A stretch of 52,242 bases of DNA from positions 1 through 52,242 of the forward strand of contig JBNKCR010000009.1 of assembly GCA_050287845.1 (NCBI GenBank), in the 5' to 3' direction. This DNA comes from Polyangia bacterium. Its GTDB lineage: Bacteria > Myxococcota_A > Polyangia > JAAYKL01. Each line of letters starts with the position of its first letter. The first letter of the stretch is position 1. Below, piece after piece: positions 38,493-48,719 of this stretch. A model generated the notes under the pieces. The model was not told where the DNA came from and ran no database searches. It saw only the letters and a list, made by a program, of their open reading frames with translations. The translations under genes and the position numbers were made by a program.

Positions 38493-39293
38493 TCAGGAGG
38501 CCATCTCCGGCAACAGGTTTTCTTTGCGGAACGCGTCCAGCACCCGATCGGTCACATCTGATTCAAACGCTTTTTCCTTACGGGCATCGTACACATACGC
38601 CTTTGCCACAATCTCCACCAGCACATGCCCCTGCCCGGTGATTCTGCTTTTCACCAGTGTGGTCATCGGTTTGCCCAGGTACAGGTACTTGGATGCCAGC
38701 ACCGCATCATCCACAATATCCCGGGCGCGCCTGTGGTCTGCCTTCGGCGACAGATAAAACGACATCACCACCATACAGTCCAGGGCGCCCGCATTGGCGC
38801 TGGCCACCGGTTCGGTCAGAAATTTGTTGGTGGGAATCGACACCAGATTATCATCCAGGGTCACCAGCCGCACCGTGCGCAGTCCGATTTCGCGAACCTC
38901 CCCATAATAGCCGCCAAACGAAATCCGATCCCCCACCTGAAACGGTCGGGTAAACAGAATGGCCAGCCCGGCCATGAACGACGCCGCCACATCTTTCAAC
39001 GCAAACCCGGTGGTGACCGCAATGGTGCCGGAAAGAGCCAGCAACGCCTCGGACGACAGGGTGAACAGGCTGGTGAGGGCCATGATGAACGCCGCCAGAT
39101 ACACCAGAAATGAAAGCAGGGTATCCAGCTGTTTGATGGTCAACCGATGGGAGGCCATCCGTTCACTCAGGGTGCGCATTCCCCGGCGGGTGATTCGCAT
39201 GGCAACGAATGCCCCCAGTATCCACGCCAGCGCCCAGGGGATGGCGCCCGGATTGAACGATTGCATGATATTTCCAGTTCCCGCATCCGGCAT
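38493..39293 (-). CDS. Small-conductance mechanosensitive channel (MscS family)
   Basis: GFALKD...S..AG..IL..RPFQVGDRI..GG.YGEV.EIGLRTVRL.T.DD..V.IPTN. Confidence 0.95.
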   Translation of the reverse strand: MPDAGTGNIMQSFNPGAIPWALAWILGAFVAMRITRRGMRTLSERMASHRLTIKQLDTLLSFLVYLAAFIMALTSLFTLSSEALLALSGTIAVTTGFALKDVAASFMAGLAILFTRPFQVGDRISFGGYYGEVREIGLRTVRLVTLDDNLVSIPTNKFLTEPVASANAGALDCMVVMSFYLSPKADHRRARDIVDDAVLASKYLYLGKPMTTLVKSRITGQGHVLVEIVAKAYVYDARKEKAFESDVTDRVLDAFRKENLLPEMAS

Positions 39294-39296
39294 GGG

Positions 39297-42200
39297 TTAC
39301 TCCTTTTCATAGAGCAGGTGATGACCGCGCAACAGCTTCAGCACCTGGGGATAAAATCTCGGCGCCAGCGTGTGTCGCCGGGCATCGGTATGTTTGGGTT
39401 CCACCAGTCCGTACTCCGTTAAAAAGCGGATGGCAAAGTTGGCGAAGTCCACCGATACATTCAACGCGTCGCGCAGTTCCGCCACCGAAAGATTCTCGTG
39501 CTGACAGATGGCGGCCAGGGCGTACAGCAGTTCGGTGTCCATTTTAGACAAATCGGTGGCCAGGGTTTCGGAGAATATCCCCACCCGAATCCGATTTTCC
39601 CCCATGGCGGTCAGCGCATCGAGCCAGAGGCACGTGGCGACCCGGGGATTACCGCCACTGTTTTCCCAGAGCAGGCGAAAGAACCCTTCCGCCCCTTCAA
39701 TGACCTCGAAATCACCGGTGGAACTGCGATTGGCATCGAGCAATACTTCGTCGAATTCCACCTCGAAGCCGGTCTGCCGGTTTCGCCTGGAAATCAGCTC
39801 CAGCAGTTCATCCCGGGTCCAGGTGGGCAGGGAATGCAGTTTTCTGAAATAATGCAGCCGGTTTCGACTGGCATTCAGAAAGGCAAACGAAAACGTGTTG
39901 AACACCAGCACCCAGAAAACATTCTGACTGGTCACATTCACCAGCCGAATGAGCGATTCATACGCATCGTATCCATCAATGGTTCTCAAAAACACATTGT
40001 GTCCCTCGTCAATGAGAATCACCCGTTCCTCCCCCTGATTCAGCTGGGAAGCGATGCTGCCCACCACCGGCGGACATTCCCCGAGTTCGAGCATGGTGGC
40101 AAATTCAGTCACCAGCGATTTTTCAGTGCGAAGCTTCTGACTGATGCTGTAGCGCAGCACCTTGCCGTTCAACTGATGTTCCAGCAACGTGAGAAGCGTG
40201 GTTTTGCCAACCCCCTTTTCACCCAGCAGCACCAGGGAGCTGTCCTGCTTTGTGCGCTTCCAGCGTTCAATCTGCTGCACAATGTTTTCAACGCTTTTCC
40301 GGCGAGGCAGAATCACCGCGTTTTCTTCGTCGTAAATGGGATACAGGGGAAACGCACGGGTGTACTGTTCGGGAAGCGTGCGTGGCAATGGCATACTTGA
40401 ATTCCGCGTCCGGGTATTGACCAGTCTGCGAATGAGCCTGGCGCGAAAGAAGGTGACAATCCCCCCTTCGTACAGCAGAAACCGCACCAGACGATAAAAC
40501 CAGTCCATGAACAGCAAAACCACTGCCGGTGCGGTAAAAATGGCGCCGGCGCGATGGGCATTCATCCAGACGGCCAATCGACAGATGACGGATTTCAATC
40601 CCACGGTCGGTCGGTCGTCGCTGGTTGCATACCGTCCGGCCAGCGACGTTGCCACCACGGGGCGCCAGACAAACAGTACCCAAATTCCCCAGAAACACAG
40701 CCATCCCCGGAGGGTGTACACAATCAGGGTGTGCAGAATGCCACTGCCAAACCAGTCCGCCGTCCACTCCAGCACCACCGCGGCAAGGGCCACCACCAGC
40801 CCCAGTTTCCGGTAGGTGCCGGACAGCATGTCCGCAACGGTGACACTGACCGGAATGAATGCCGGTCGTCCCCGGGACACCCGCCGGGTGAGCCCCTCCA
40901 GCAGCCGTCCACCAAATCGATAAATGATCAGCCAGCGGAGAATCACCTCGGTGAATTTGATTTCCGGTACCGAAAACCCGACGATGGCCAACGCGGCATA
41001 CAGCGCGGCGCCCACCACCAGCGTGGGCAGGATGGCCTCGGCCACCCCGGCCCATTTCACCAGTTGCCCCAGGCGATACCGGAAAAGTCGCGACGTACTG
41101 AACCGCCGGATACCCAGGGAAATCGGCCGACTCAGCCGCCTGCCCAGAAATCCGATGAGAATGAGCAAGGTCATCGCCGAAAGAATGCGAACGAGAAACA
41201 CGATTCCCTGTTTCTCCCGCACCATCTCTGGAATTCGGGTGACCGCGGCCTTCCTCTCGTTCATCCAGCGAATCAGCGCGTCGGCCAGGGTGTGGGCGTC
41301 TGAGCTGATGTCGGAGAGAATTTCCTGCGAAACCGAATAGGCCGTTCTCCGCGTCTGGTCCGTGGCCAGGCTGGAAAGCACGGACACCGCTTCGCGCCGG
41401 AACACCTGTTTCTGATGTTCCTTGAACAGATTCAGTTCATCTGTCTGCACATCCAGTTTTTCGAGGATGGGCTTTATCCGGGCAAGCAGCGCGGCGCCTT
41501 CGGACCACCTGGTCACATCCTCCGGATTCCGGGCGGTTTGCAGAATCTCGCGACGGAGATATTCGCTGCGATTCAAATCAATGTCTCTGAGAAACCAGGA
41601 CTTGGCCGCCTTTCGCATGTCACTCAGATGTTCGAGGAACGCGGCGTCAATCAATCGGTCCCGTTCCGGATGAAACACGTTGGCCAGAATGAGCCGCCGG
41701 ACATCGACGCTCTGCCGGCGAAGATCAATTCTCAGTTGCTGCAGTTGCTTTCCCTCGCCCTCAATTTTCCGTTCCCGCTGCTGCACCGAATCCACCATCT
41801 GATGAAGATCGGCTGCCAGCTGAGAAATTTTTATCTGAAGTCCCACCATGGAACCGGCCTCTGCCCGGTTGGCTGTTTCTTTGAGCCGTCTGGCCAGGGC
41901 GGCGAGAGATCTCTGGAGCTGTTCTGTCTGGGCCATGGTTTCCAGCAGCGCTTTTCGGGGCATCTTCAATCCGCGAAATGCCGTGCGGGCCGGGGCGGTC
42001 AACGGCTTAAGCCAGTTGTGGAGTGCATCGAGATACTTCAGTCTCAACCCGAGAATCCGACTCCGGAGTTCCAGGGTTTCCAAATCCAGTTGCAACTCCG
42101 TAAAAGTTTGCGACCGTTTTTTTCGAGTCGCGCTCACATCGGCTTCATACGCGGTGTTCTGGGCATTCCAGGCATCCAGCGCCACCGTGTACCTTGCCTG

Positions 42201-42893
42201 CGCGGCATCGTATTCGGTCAATTGCCGCTGATACGCCTCCAAGTCCTGCTGATGTCTGGCCAACGCGTCATCGTAGGTCTGCCATGCATTCCAGGCATCC
42301 TGCCATTCCTGCGATCGTTTTGGTGTCAGCTTCCCCTTCGGTCGTTTTACTGCCGGGGATTCCGGTTCTCCGGGCGCCTCCGGGGGAACCGGCGCCTCCG
42401 GAGGGGTATTGAAAGAGTCCGGTTTTTCCGGTTCGGGAAACTCACCGGTCAGATTTTTCAGCCGCTTTTCCCTGTCTTCCCGGCTGGACCGGAGCGTCCC
42501 GCGTTCCAGCTTCAACTGCAAAATCCGCTGTTCCACTTTATCAATGTCATCCAGGGGTACATCAAACAGCATCTGCACATCCGCATCCGCAAAAAACCGG
42601 GCCGATACCAGAGACTTCAGCTGCCGCTCAATATCCAGCAGCACCGGGTCAAGCGCCTTCTTTTCGGGAATCGGCGGTTCCGTCGGCGCCACATCCGGCA
42701 CTTCGGGTAATGGGGACAAGTCTGAATCCGTCGCCGCCGCATCGGCCGATTCCGTATCTGCCGAGTCCGCCACAATCGCATCCGAAACCGTTTGCACATC
42801 ATCCGGCGCTTCCGTGTCCTGCGCATCAACACCCCCGGCGACAATCAGACTGAGAAGCAGAATCCCCATGGGGAGAACTTTCATTTTTCTCAT
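39297..42893 (-). CDS. Large exported/membrane protein: signal peptide, acidic-Pro linker, coiled coil, multi-TM block, P-loop ATPase, winged-helix-like tail
   Basis: Signal ending VDA; heptad-rich region; about 6-7 hydrophobic helices; Walker A GEKGVGKT; Walker B VILIDE; SGGNPR; ends 3 nt before mscS. Confidence 0.85.
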   Translation of the reverse strand: MRKMKVLPMGILLLSLIVAGGVDAQDTEAPDDVQTVSDAIVADSADTESADAAATDSDLSPLPEVPDVAPTEPPIPEKKALDPVLLDIERQLKSLVSARFFADADVQMLFDVPLDDIDKVEQRILQLKLERGTLRSSREDREKRLKNLTGEFPEPEKPDSFNTPPEAPVPPEAPGEPESPAVKRPKGKLTPKRSQEWQDAWNAWQTYDDALARHQQDLEAYQRQLTEYDAAQARYTVALDAWNAQNTAYEADVSATRKKRSQTFTELQLDLETLELRSRILGLRLKYLDALHNWLKPLTAPARTAFRGLKMPRKALLETMAQTEQLQRSLAALARRLKETANRAEAGSMVGLQIKISQLAADLHQMVDSVQQRERKIEGEGKQLQQLRIDLRRQSVDVRRLILANVFHPERDRLIDAAFLEHLSDMRKAAKSWFLRDIDLNRSEYLRREILQTARNPEDVTRWSEGAALLARIKPILEKLDVQTDELNLFKEHQKQVFRREAVSVLSSLATDQTRRTAYSVSQEILSDISSDAHTLADALIRWMNERKAAVTRIPEMVREKQGIVFLVRILSAMTLLILIGFLGRRLSRPISLGIRRFSTSRLFRYRLGQLVKWAGVAEAILPTLVVGAALYAALAIVGFSVPEIKFTEVILRWLIIYRFGGRLLEGLTRRVSRGRPAFIPVSVTVADMLSGTYRKLGLVVALAAVVLEWTADWFGSGILHTLIVYTLRGWLCFWGIWVLFVWRPVVATSLAGRYATSDDRPTVGLKSVICRLAVWMNAHRAGAIFTAPAVVLLFMDWFYRLVRFLLYEGGIVTFFRARLIRRLVNTRTRNSSMPLPRTLPEQYTRAFPLYPIYDEENAVILPRRKSVENIVQQIERWKRTKQDSSLVLLGEKGVGKTTLLTLLEHQLNGKVLRYSISQKLRTEKSLVTEFATMLELGECPPVVGSIASQLNQGEERVILIDEGHNVFLRTIDGYDAYESLIRLVNVTSQNVFWVLVFNTFSFAFLNASRNRLHYFRKLHSLPTWTRDELLELISRRNRQTGFEVEFDEVLLDANRSSTGDFEVIEGAEGFFRLLWENSGGNPRVATCLWLDALTAMGENRIRVGIFSETLATDLSKMDTELLYALAAICQHENLSVAELRDALNVSVDFANFAIRFLTEYGLVEPKHTDARRHTLAPRFYPQVLKLLRGHHLLYEKE

Positions 42894-43013
42894 TTCAGTA
42901 CCCTGAAACCATTTCGTTTTTTCTGAACACCATCCGCATCCTCCCGCTGCAACGGCCAGCATGACACCCCCAATGACAAAGCAACTGTATTTAAAATGCC
43001 GTTCTGGCACGTA

Positions 43014-43029
43014 ATCAAATTCAATGCCA
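43014..43029 (-). promoter_or_regulatory. Imperfect sigma-54-like promoter upstream of ATPase-mscS
   Basis: TGGCATTGAATTTGAT (GG-N10-GA instead of GC). Confidence 0.3.
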
Positions 43030-43163
43030 CAATTTCCCGCGATAACAGGGCATCATTTATTGGGTCATTCTGACACATCCGGCATCCGGATTCCCGACGC
43101 TCTCCCGTATCCGTTATCATCCAATTTCCACGGTCCGTTTCGACGTTTCTGCGGGACCCGTAC

Positions 43164-43179
43164 TGGCATGATTCTGGCT
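43164..43179 (+). promoter_or_regulatory. Putative sigma-54 promoter for the small ORF and rimK
   Basis: TGGCATGATTCTGGCT (GG-N10-GC), ~40 nt before ATG 43219. Confidence 0.6.
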
Positions 43180-43218
43180 ATTGCGGAAATGGATGTCCTT
43201 TAAAAAGGAGCGGTTCAC

Positions 43219-43461
43219 ATGAACAACGGAAAAAAAGTAAAGACCTTCGGAATCGTACGGGAAGCCCTCTGGAAACTCATCAGAAAAATTCGCCGCTTAT
43301 TTTCAGACAAACCGGATGCCCCTGCGCCTGCCAGACAGAAAACCGCCAATACGCTCCCCATCAACCCGGGAAGAGGCAACATCCGGTGGAAGGACTACCA
43401 TCCCGAATCACCACCGCCTTCAACACCCAATCGCTCACGTGACATGAATTCTCATCGATGA
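43219..43461 (+). CDS. Small basic hypothetical protein (80 aa)
   Basis: Good AAGGAG RBS; downstream of a sigma-54 motif; amphipathic N-terminus then Pro-rich tail. Confidence 0.5.
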   Translation: MNNGKKVKTFGIVREALWKLIRKIRRLFSDKPDAPAPARQKTANTLPINPGRGNIRWKDYHPESPPPSTPNRSRDMNSHR

Positions 43462-43523
43462 CGCATCAAACATCGTCGATAGATGGATTCATCCGGTGAA
43501 CGGACAGGAAGAGAAAGAACAAT

Positions 43524-44432
43524 ATGATTTTGCATATGCTTGTATTTACAAAACTGGACGCATTGTCCGCCACCACCCTCAAAGCCCACGAATTGATGCT
43601 GGACGCCGCGGAACGTCATGGGCACGAACTGCGCATATTCAGTGACTGCGATTGCCAGATGATATTTGGCAGTAAGCCCCGGATTGTCATCCGGGACATG
43701 CAGGTGGAAGACATTCGCGTTCTGTTTGTTCGAGCCAACCTGAGCGGCGCCAAACTGCAGTTTCGAAGAACCATCATCAAGCAATTCGAGCTCATGGGAA
43801 TTCATGTCATCAATCGGGAAGAGGCCATCATGAACGCCAAGAACAAATTGCGCAATCTGCAGGTGCTCACCGAACACAATATCCCCATTCCCAAAACCTG
43901 CGTAGTCAGCCATTCGGGCAATCTCGACAATACGCTGCGCGACTTCGGACGTTTTCCCATCATTCTGAAAACGCCATCGGGTTCTCAGGGAAAAGGCGTC
44001 GCCATCATCGAAAGCAAACGGGGACTCAAATCGGTGATAGAGATGTTCGACAACGGCGAACCCATCGTACTGCAACAGTATGTCAAGGAGTCGAGCGGCA
44101 AGGATATTCGGGTATTCGTTGTTGGAAATCAGGTGGTGGGCGCCATGAAAAGAGAGACCACCCAGCGGGGCGAGTTCCGATCCAACTTTCACCTCGGCGG
44201 AAAAGTGTCAATGACCGAGTTGAGCGATCATGAAAAAACCCTGGCCATGGCGGCAACCAAAGCCTGTGGTCTCGACGTGGCCGGCGTGGATATTCTGCGC
44301 ACCAACGATGGTCCCAAAGTCATTGAGGTGAATGCCAATCCGGGCCTGGAGGGGATTACCCAGGCTACCGGAATCGACATTGCCGGCGCCCTGATTCGGT
44401 TCATGGCCGGCAATGCCTGGACCGCGTCATAA
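43524..44432 (+). CDS. rimK: RimK family alpha-L-glutamate ligase (ATP-grasp)
   Basis: A.NKLR.LQ.L....IP.PKT; P.ILK...GSQGKGV; QQYVKES.GKDIRVFVVG; GEFRSNFHLGG; GLDVAGVDILR...GP.VIEVN.NPGLEGI. Confidence 0.93.
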   Translation: MILHMLVFTKLDALSATTLKAHELMLDAAERHGHELRIFSDCDCQMIFGSKPRIVIRDMQVEDIRVLFVRANLSGAKLQFRRTIIKQFELMGIHVINREEAIMNAKNKLRNLQVLTEHNIPIPKTCVVSHSGNLDNTLRDFGRFPIILKTPSGSQGKGVAIIESKRGLKSVIEMFDNGEPIVLQQYVKESSGKDIRVFVVGNQVVGAMKRETTQRGEFRSNFHLGGKVSMTELSDHEKTLAMAATKACGLDVAGVDILRTNDGPKVIEVNANPGLEGITQATGIDIAGALIRFMAGNAWTAS

Positions 44433-44456
44433 CGCCGATTCACGACGCAGCCATGC

Positions 44457-45314
44457 TTACTTCAGAAAATAGAGCAGGATTTCAACGGCGATGAGCACAA
44501 TGATAATCCACTCCAGGAAAGCGGAGTGTTTGTGATATTGCTCAGAGGCCAGCATACTCAGCAGCCCCTGAATGGTGGCCAGCTTCCTGTTCAGAATCTC
44601 GACTCTCGGCGTAAGGTCCAGATATTTGGCCAGTTTCTGATACAGCGGTTCCAGTTCGGGATAGTTCCAGAAAAACTCCGGCGTATCGAGCAGATTGTAG
44701 TGCAGGGTGATGTCGCTGCCCGTATCGAACAGGATGCCTCTGAGCTTGGCCAGGTTGCGTCTGCTGAGCGGAACTTTTCCCGTGCGGGCCAACTGTCGCG
44801 AAATATGGGCGTTCTGCTGAATCACCTGCCACGCTTTGTCTTCAAAAAACTCCAGTTTGGCCGCCTGGGCAAACGCATGGCTCAAAGCGAGGCTGCTCAA
44901 CGTATCCTGTTGTGGTATAACCAGCAGGTCATCATGAATACCAAAGTCGCTGGTTGAATCCACATGGTAGGCATACTGCTCAATGGGGGGTCGTCTGAAG
45001 TAATCCTGAATCAGTCCTTTTAATCTGAACACCAGTTGCTGCCGATCATTCTCGGACTGATTCCAACTGACCAGCACCCCATATTCAAAGAGCCATACGT
45101 CAGCGCCATTGAATCGGATATACCAGGCGTCCCGGTAGCGAATCGCTCCCAGTCCGGTGATCAGAATCGACTCTTTCTCTTCTTCCACCAACTGTGTGCC
45201 CAGCAGCGAAATGGTAATCCGCTTGCTGTCAGCCGTCTCTCCGTTTCCCATTTTTTCAGTGTCCAAACTGCTTTCTTCCTCTCCGTTCCCAAAAAAATCG
45301 ATTACCTGTTCCAT
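44457..45314 (-). CDS. RMD1 family protein (DUF155/YagE-like)
   Basis: F.YGVLV.W; ALSHAFAQ.AKL.FFE; LLDTPEFFW; YLDL..RVEILN.KL; LEWIIIVLI.VEI. Confidence 0.92.
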   Translation of the reverse strand: MEQVIDFFGNGEEESSLDTEKMGNGETADSKRITISLLGTQLVEEEKESILITGLGAIRYRDAWYIRFNGADVWLFEYGVLVSWNQSENDRQQLVFRLKGLIQDYFRRPPIEQYAYHVDSTSDFGIHDDLLVIPQQDTLSSLALSHAFAQAAKLEFFEDKAWQVIQQNAHISRQLARTGKVPLSRRNLAKLRGILFDTGSDITLHYNLLDTPEFFWNYPELEPLYQKLAKYLDLTPRVEILNRKLATIQGLLSMLASEQYHKHSAFLEWIIIVLIAVEILLYFLK

Positions 45315-45361
45315 TGGGGAAATAGCGGAATTTCACACAGGTATCGACGGGCCATGCCGGG

Positions 45362-45377
45362 AGCGATTTCCATGCCA
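45362..45377 (-). promoter_or_regulatory. Putative sigma-54 promoter for the RMD1 gene
   Basis: TGGCATGGAAATCGCT (GG-N10-GC), 48 nt upstream of the start. Confidence 0.6.
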
Positions 45378-45601
45378 TATTTCATCCGGAGCGGCTTTGC
45401 ACCCTGCACATGATACAATATTCATTGTGACCGATGATCTGATACGGTACCACTCCATCCGCCGTGTCCATTTGTCCCGCTGTGTAAAAATGACACCGTA
45501 TTTCGCAGCCGGATTCAAAATACTCATCCCAGAAGTATATCCGGATATTGACATCTTGAGATTTCTTATCGCACCGTGCTAAAAGCCCGTACAGGTGAAG
45601 T

Positions 45602-46765
45602 ATGTACAACAAAAAAAAGACGCAGGTGGCCGGAAGCCGAAAAAAAGCGTTGCGCCGTCAGTTCGATGCGCTCCTTGAACAGGTGCAGACCACCCGTGTT
45701 CACTTCAGAAATGTGGTTGAAAAAAATATTGATGGCATCGTTCTGTTGGGAGATGACAACCACATTCTGTACCTGAATCCCGCTGCCGAGAACCTGTTTG
45801 ATGAGGCACGCAAGGATCTGATTGGACAGGTCTGGCCGTATGGGGTTCCCCTCGAAGATCCGTTCGAAACCGTGCTGCGCCACCATGCCCCGGAGCGCTC
45901 CGTGGAGATGCGCGGCGTGAAAACCGAGTGGGAGGGCGCACCGGCAGTGCTCATTTCCATTCGGGACATCACCGAACGGATGGAATCCGAAAAGGCAATT
46001 CGCCAGCTCAACCAGGAACTTGAAAACAAAGTGGCCCGGCGAACCGAGCAGCTCGAAGCCCTCAACCGCGAACTCGAAGCATTCAATTACGCGGTCTCTC
46101 ACGACCTTCGTACACCGCTGGCGCGAATCGATGGCTATGCATCGCTGCTGATTTCCGAAATGGCGGGCAAACTCGATGCGGACAACGCACACTTTCTGCA
46201 GCGAATCCGCGCATCCGTCACCCAGATGGTGGAACTGACAGACGGGTTGCTGCAACTGTCCAGACTGACTCAACGCCCCCTGGAGCCCACCCCATTCTGT
46301 TTAAGCACCCTGGCCGAAAATATCCTTGAGACCATGCGCCAGGATGAACCCCAACGCCGGGCGGAATTCACCGTTCAACCCCGCATGAACGTCTGCGCCG
46401 ATTATGTGCTCATCCGCGCCACCATGGAAAATCTGCTATCCAACGCATGGAAGTTCACCCGGAATACCGACATCACCCGAATCACCGTGCAGAGCCTCGA
46501 AGGAACAGATGAAACAGTCTACTCCGTTACAGATAACGGGGTTGGATTCGATATGAACGAATCATCCAGACTGTTTCAGGCGTTCCAGCGGCTGCACAGC
46601 GACGCCAGGTTTCCCGGAACCGGCATCGGGCTGACCACCGTGCGTCGCATCATTCACCGGCATCAGGGGCGGGTCTGGGCGAAATCGGAGCCAATGGAGG
46701 AAACCACGTTTTTCTTCACGTTGCCGGCCAGCACCCCGGGGCCGACTGCCCCGAATACCCATTGA
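45602..46765 (+). CDS. PAS sensor histidine kinase
   Basis: PAS ..RDITER; H-box FNYAVSHDLRTPL; NLLSNAWKF; DNGVGF; FQRLH; GTGIGL. Confidence 0.95.
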   Translation: MYNKKKTQVAGSRKKALRRQFDALLEQVQTTRVHFRNVVEKNIDGIVLLGDDNHILYLNPAAENLFDEARKDLIGQVWPYGVPLEDPFETVLRHHAPERSVEMRGVKTEWEGAPAVLISIRDITERMESEKAIRQLNQELENKVARRTEQLEALNRELEAFNYAVSHDLRTPLARIDGYASLLISEMAGKLDADNAHFLQRIRASVTQMVELTDGLLQLSRLTQRPLEPTPFCLSTLAENILETMRQDEPQRRAEFTVQPRMNVCADYVLIRATMENLLSNAWKFTRNTDITRITVQSLEGTDETVYSVTDNGVGFDMNESSRLFQAFQRLHSDARFPGTGIGLTTVRRIIHRHQGRVWAKSEPMEETTFFFTLPASTPGPTAPNTH

Positions 46766-46785
46766 TCCCCGGGCTTGAGACGCGT

Positions 46786-47211
46786 TCAGTTTTTCTGCAT
46801 CATCACGGCACGCTGGACCGTTGTCAGAAGAAGCAGCAAATCGAACGGCTTTCCAAGAACATTGACTATCCCCAGTTGCCGGGCCTGGGTCAACACATCC
46901 GGACTTTTATCCGAGGTAATCAGAACGGTTGGAAACCTCGCAATGAATTGATGATACCTGAAAAGCACTGGCATCACCGACCCATCGGCCAGTTGAATGT
47001 CGGAAACAATCACATCGAACGACCGTTTGCGGGGCAGGGTTTTTTCCAGGGCGGCAAGATTCTCCTGCATCTCCACCGCACACGTGATTTCATGCACCGC
47101 ATGCCCTTCCCGCACCAGCGAATGATTGAGTATGAAACGCAGTTCCGCATCATCTTCCGCCAGCAGAATGGAGTAAGGACGCCCCGGTGACATCGTGTGT
47201 GAAACGCTCAT
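46786..47211 (-). CDS. Single-domain response regulator
   Basis: ILLAEDD; DVIVSD; LITS; KPF. Start 47211 or 47193, given the promoter at 47224. Confidence 0.88.
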   Translation of the reverse strand: MSVSHTMSPGRPYSILLAEDDAELRFILNHSLVREGHAVHEITCAVEMQENLAALEKTLPRKRSFDVIVSDIQLADGSVMPVLFRYHQFIARFPTVLITSDKSPDVLTQARQLGIVNVLGKPFDLLLLLTTVQRAVMMQKN

Positions 47212-47223
47212 GGCCAGGAACAA

Positions 47224-47239
47224 AGCAACTGCCGTGCCA
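47224..47239 (-). promoter_or_regulatory. Consensus sigma-54 promoter
   Basis: TGGCACGGCAGTTGCT, an exact TGGCAC-N5-TTGC match, immediately upstream of the response regulator. Confidence 0.8.
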
Positions 47240-47281
47240 CCGGCAAAATGTTCCTATCGCGCAGCAAGCCGGTGGAATGCC

Positions 47282-48640
47282 CTACTGTGCCATGCGCTCC
47301 AGTTTGCGGTACAGGCTTTTGCGTTCGATGCCGAGTACCCTGGCGGCCTGGGCCTTGTTCCCCCCCAGGATGGTCAGCACCTTCCGGATGTACCTTTTTT
47401 CCAGCTCATCCAGGGTGACCAGCTCCACCGTATCATCATCGCGAACAATCCGTTGAAGACTGTGCGCATCCGCAATCCGCTCCGGCAGGTCAGCGGATGT
47501 GATTTCGCCGGCATCGCAGAGGGCCAGGGCCCGCTCAATGCAGTTTTTCAGTTCACGCACGTTCCCGGGCCAGGGATACGTCAATAACTTTCTGGCGGCA
47601 TCATGGCTGATACCGGTCACTGCGCTGCCCATCCGCTCTGCCATCTGTTCCACAAAATACTGGGCCAGCAGCAACACATCCCGCCCCCGTTCCCGCAGGG
47701 GCGGCAACTCCATGTGCAGCACATTCAATCGATAATACAGGTCTTCGCGAAACCGCTTTTCGGCCACCGCCAGGGCGATATCCCGATTGGTGGCGCTGAT
47801 AATCCGGGCATCAAACGTCATCTCCCGGGTGGCGCCCACCGGCCGGAATGTTTTCTGCTCCAGCACCCGAAGCAGCTTGCTCTGCAGCCCCACCGGCATG
47901 TCTCCGATTTCGTCGAGAAAAAGTGTCCCCCCATGGGCACGCTGCAACAGTCCGGAATGGTCGGCCCGGGCATCGGTGAACGCCCCCCTTACGTGTCCGA
48001 ACAATTCGCTTTCCAGCAGATGTTCCGGCAATGCGGTGCAATTGATGGCAACAAAAGGTCCATCCTTCCGGTTGCTTTGCCGGTGAATGGCCTGGGCCAC
48101 CACTTCTTTTCCGGTACCGCTCTCTCCGGTGATCAACGCGGTCACATCCGTTGCCGCAGTTCTGGAAATCAGGGCAAAAATTTTCTTTATCTTCTCACTG
48201 TCCCCGACAAATCCGGGCATCGCAGTCTGTTTGTCACTGAGCAGCAATTTCAACGAATTCAATTCGTGTTTGAGCCTGCGGGTTTCCACCGCCCGGTTGA
48301 GGGCAATGACCAGAATCTCCAATTCAATGGGTTTGGTGATAAAATCCGCCGCACCGGCGCGCAGGGCGGCAATGGCCGTTTCCATGTTTCCATAGGATGT
48401 AATGACCACCACCGGAAGATCCGGCCACTGGGCGCGGACATGGGACGCCAGCTCAATCCCGTTGCCATCGGGCATGTTGACATCGGTCACCACCGCATCG
48501 AACGACTGCCGGCGCAATGCATCCACCGCCGTCTTCATGCTGAATGCCGACGCCACATCGAACCCCCGGGTTCGCAGCTGTCTGGCCGCAATCGTGCACA
48601 ACTCCTCATCATCATCTATCAGAAGAATTCGCGTGTTCAT
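47282..48640 (-). CDS. Sigma-54-dependent response regulator (NtrC family: REC-AAA-Fis HTH)
   Basis: REC ILLIDDD..D.NMP..KP; GESGTGKE; ESELFGH.RGAFTDA; GGTLFLDEIG; FREDLYYRLNV; WPGNVREL; GNK..AARVLGI.R.SLYRKL. Confidence 0.98.
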   Translation of the reverse strand: MNTRILLIDDDEELCTIAARQLRTRGFDVASAFSMKTAVDALRRQSFDAVVTDVNMPDGNGIELASHVRAQWPDLPVVVITSYGNMETAIAALRAGAADFITKPIELEILVIALNRAVETRRLKHELNSLKLLLSDKQTAMPGFVGDSEKIKKIFALISRTAATDVTALITGESGTGKEVVAQAIHRQSNRKDGPFVAINCTALPEHLLESELFGHVRGAFTDARADHSGLLQRAHGGTLFLDEIGDMPVGLQSKLLRVLEQKTFRPVGATREMTFDARIISATNRDIALAVAEKRFREDLYYRLNVLHMELPPLRERGRDVLLLAQYFVEQMAERMGSAVTGISHDAARKLLTYPWPGNVRELKNCIERALALCDAGEITSADLPERIADAHSLQRIVRDDDTVELVTLDELEKRYIRKVLTILGGNKAQAARVLGIERKSLYRKLERMAQ

Positions 48641-48719
48641 GAGAGAGGCATTACCAGATTATGCTTTACCAAAACAGTGAAATATGCGGCGCCCAAAGGA
48701 ATGCTCCCGCCGCCAAAGG

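Noticed and set aside
41415..42710. 431-aa plus-strand ORF (also 39498-40400)
   Set aside because: Antisense shadows of the large ATPase gene.
43056..43069. 14-bp match to the reverse of the REP-like core (tttattgggtcatt)
   Set aside because: Short, AT-rich and lacks the rest of the element; may be chance.
45333..45612. Short minus-strand ORFs between RMD1 and the histidine kinase
   Set aside because: No RBS or motifs; they overlap the divergent promoter region.
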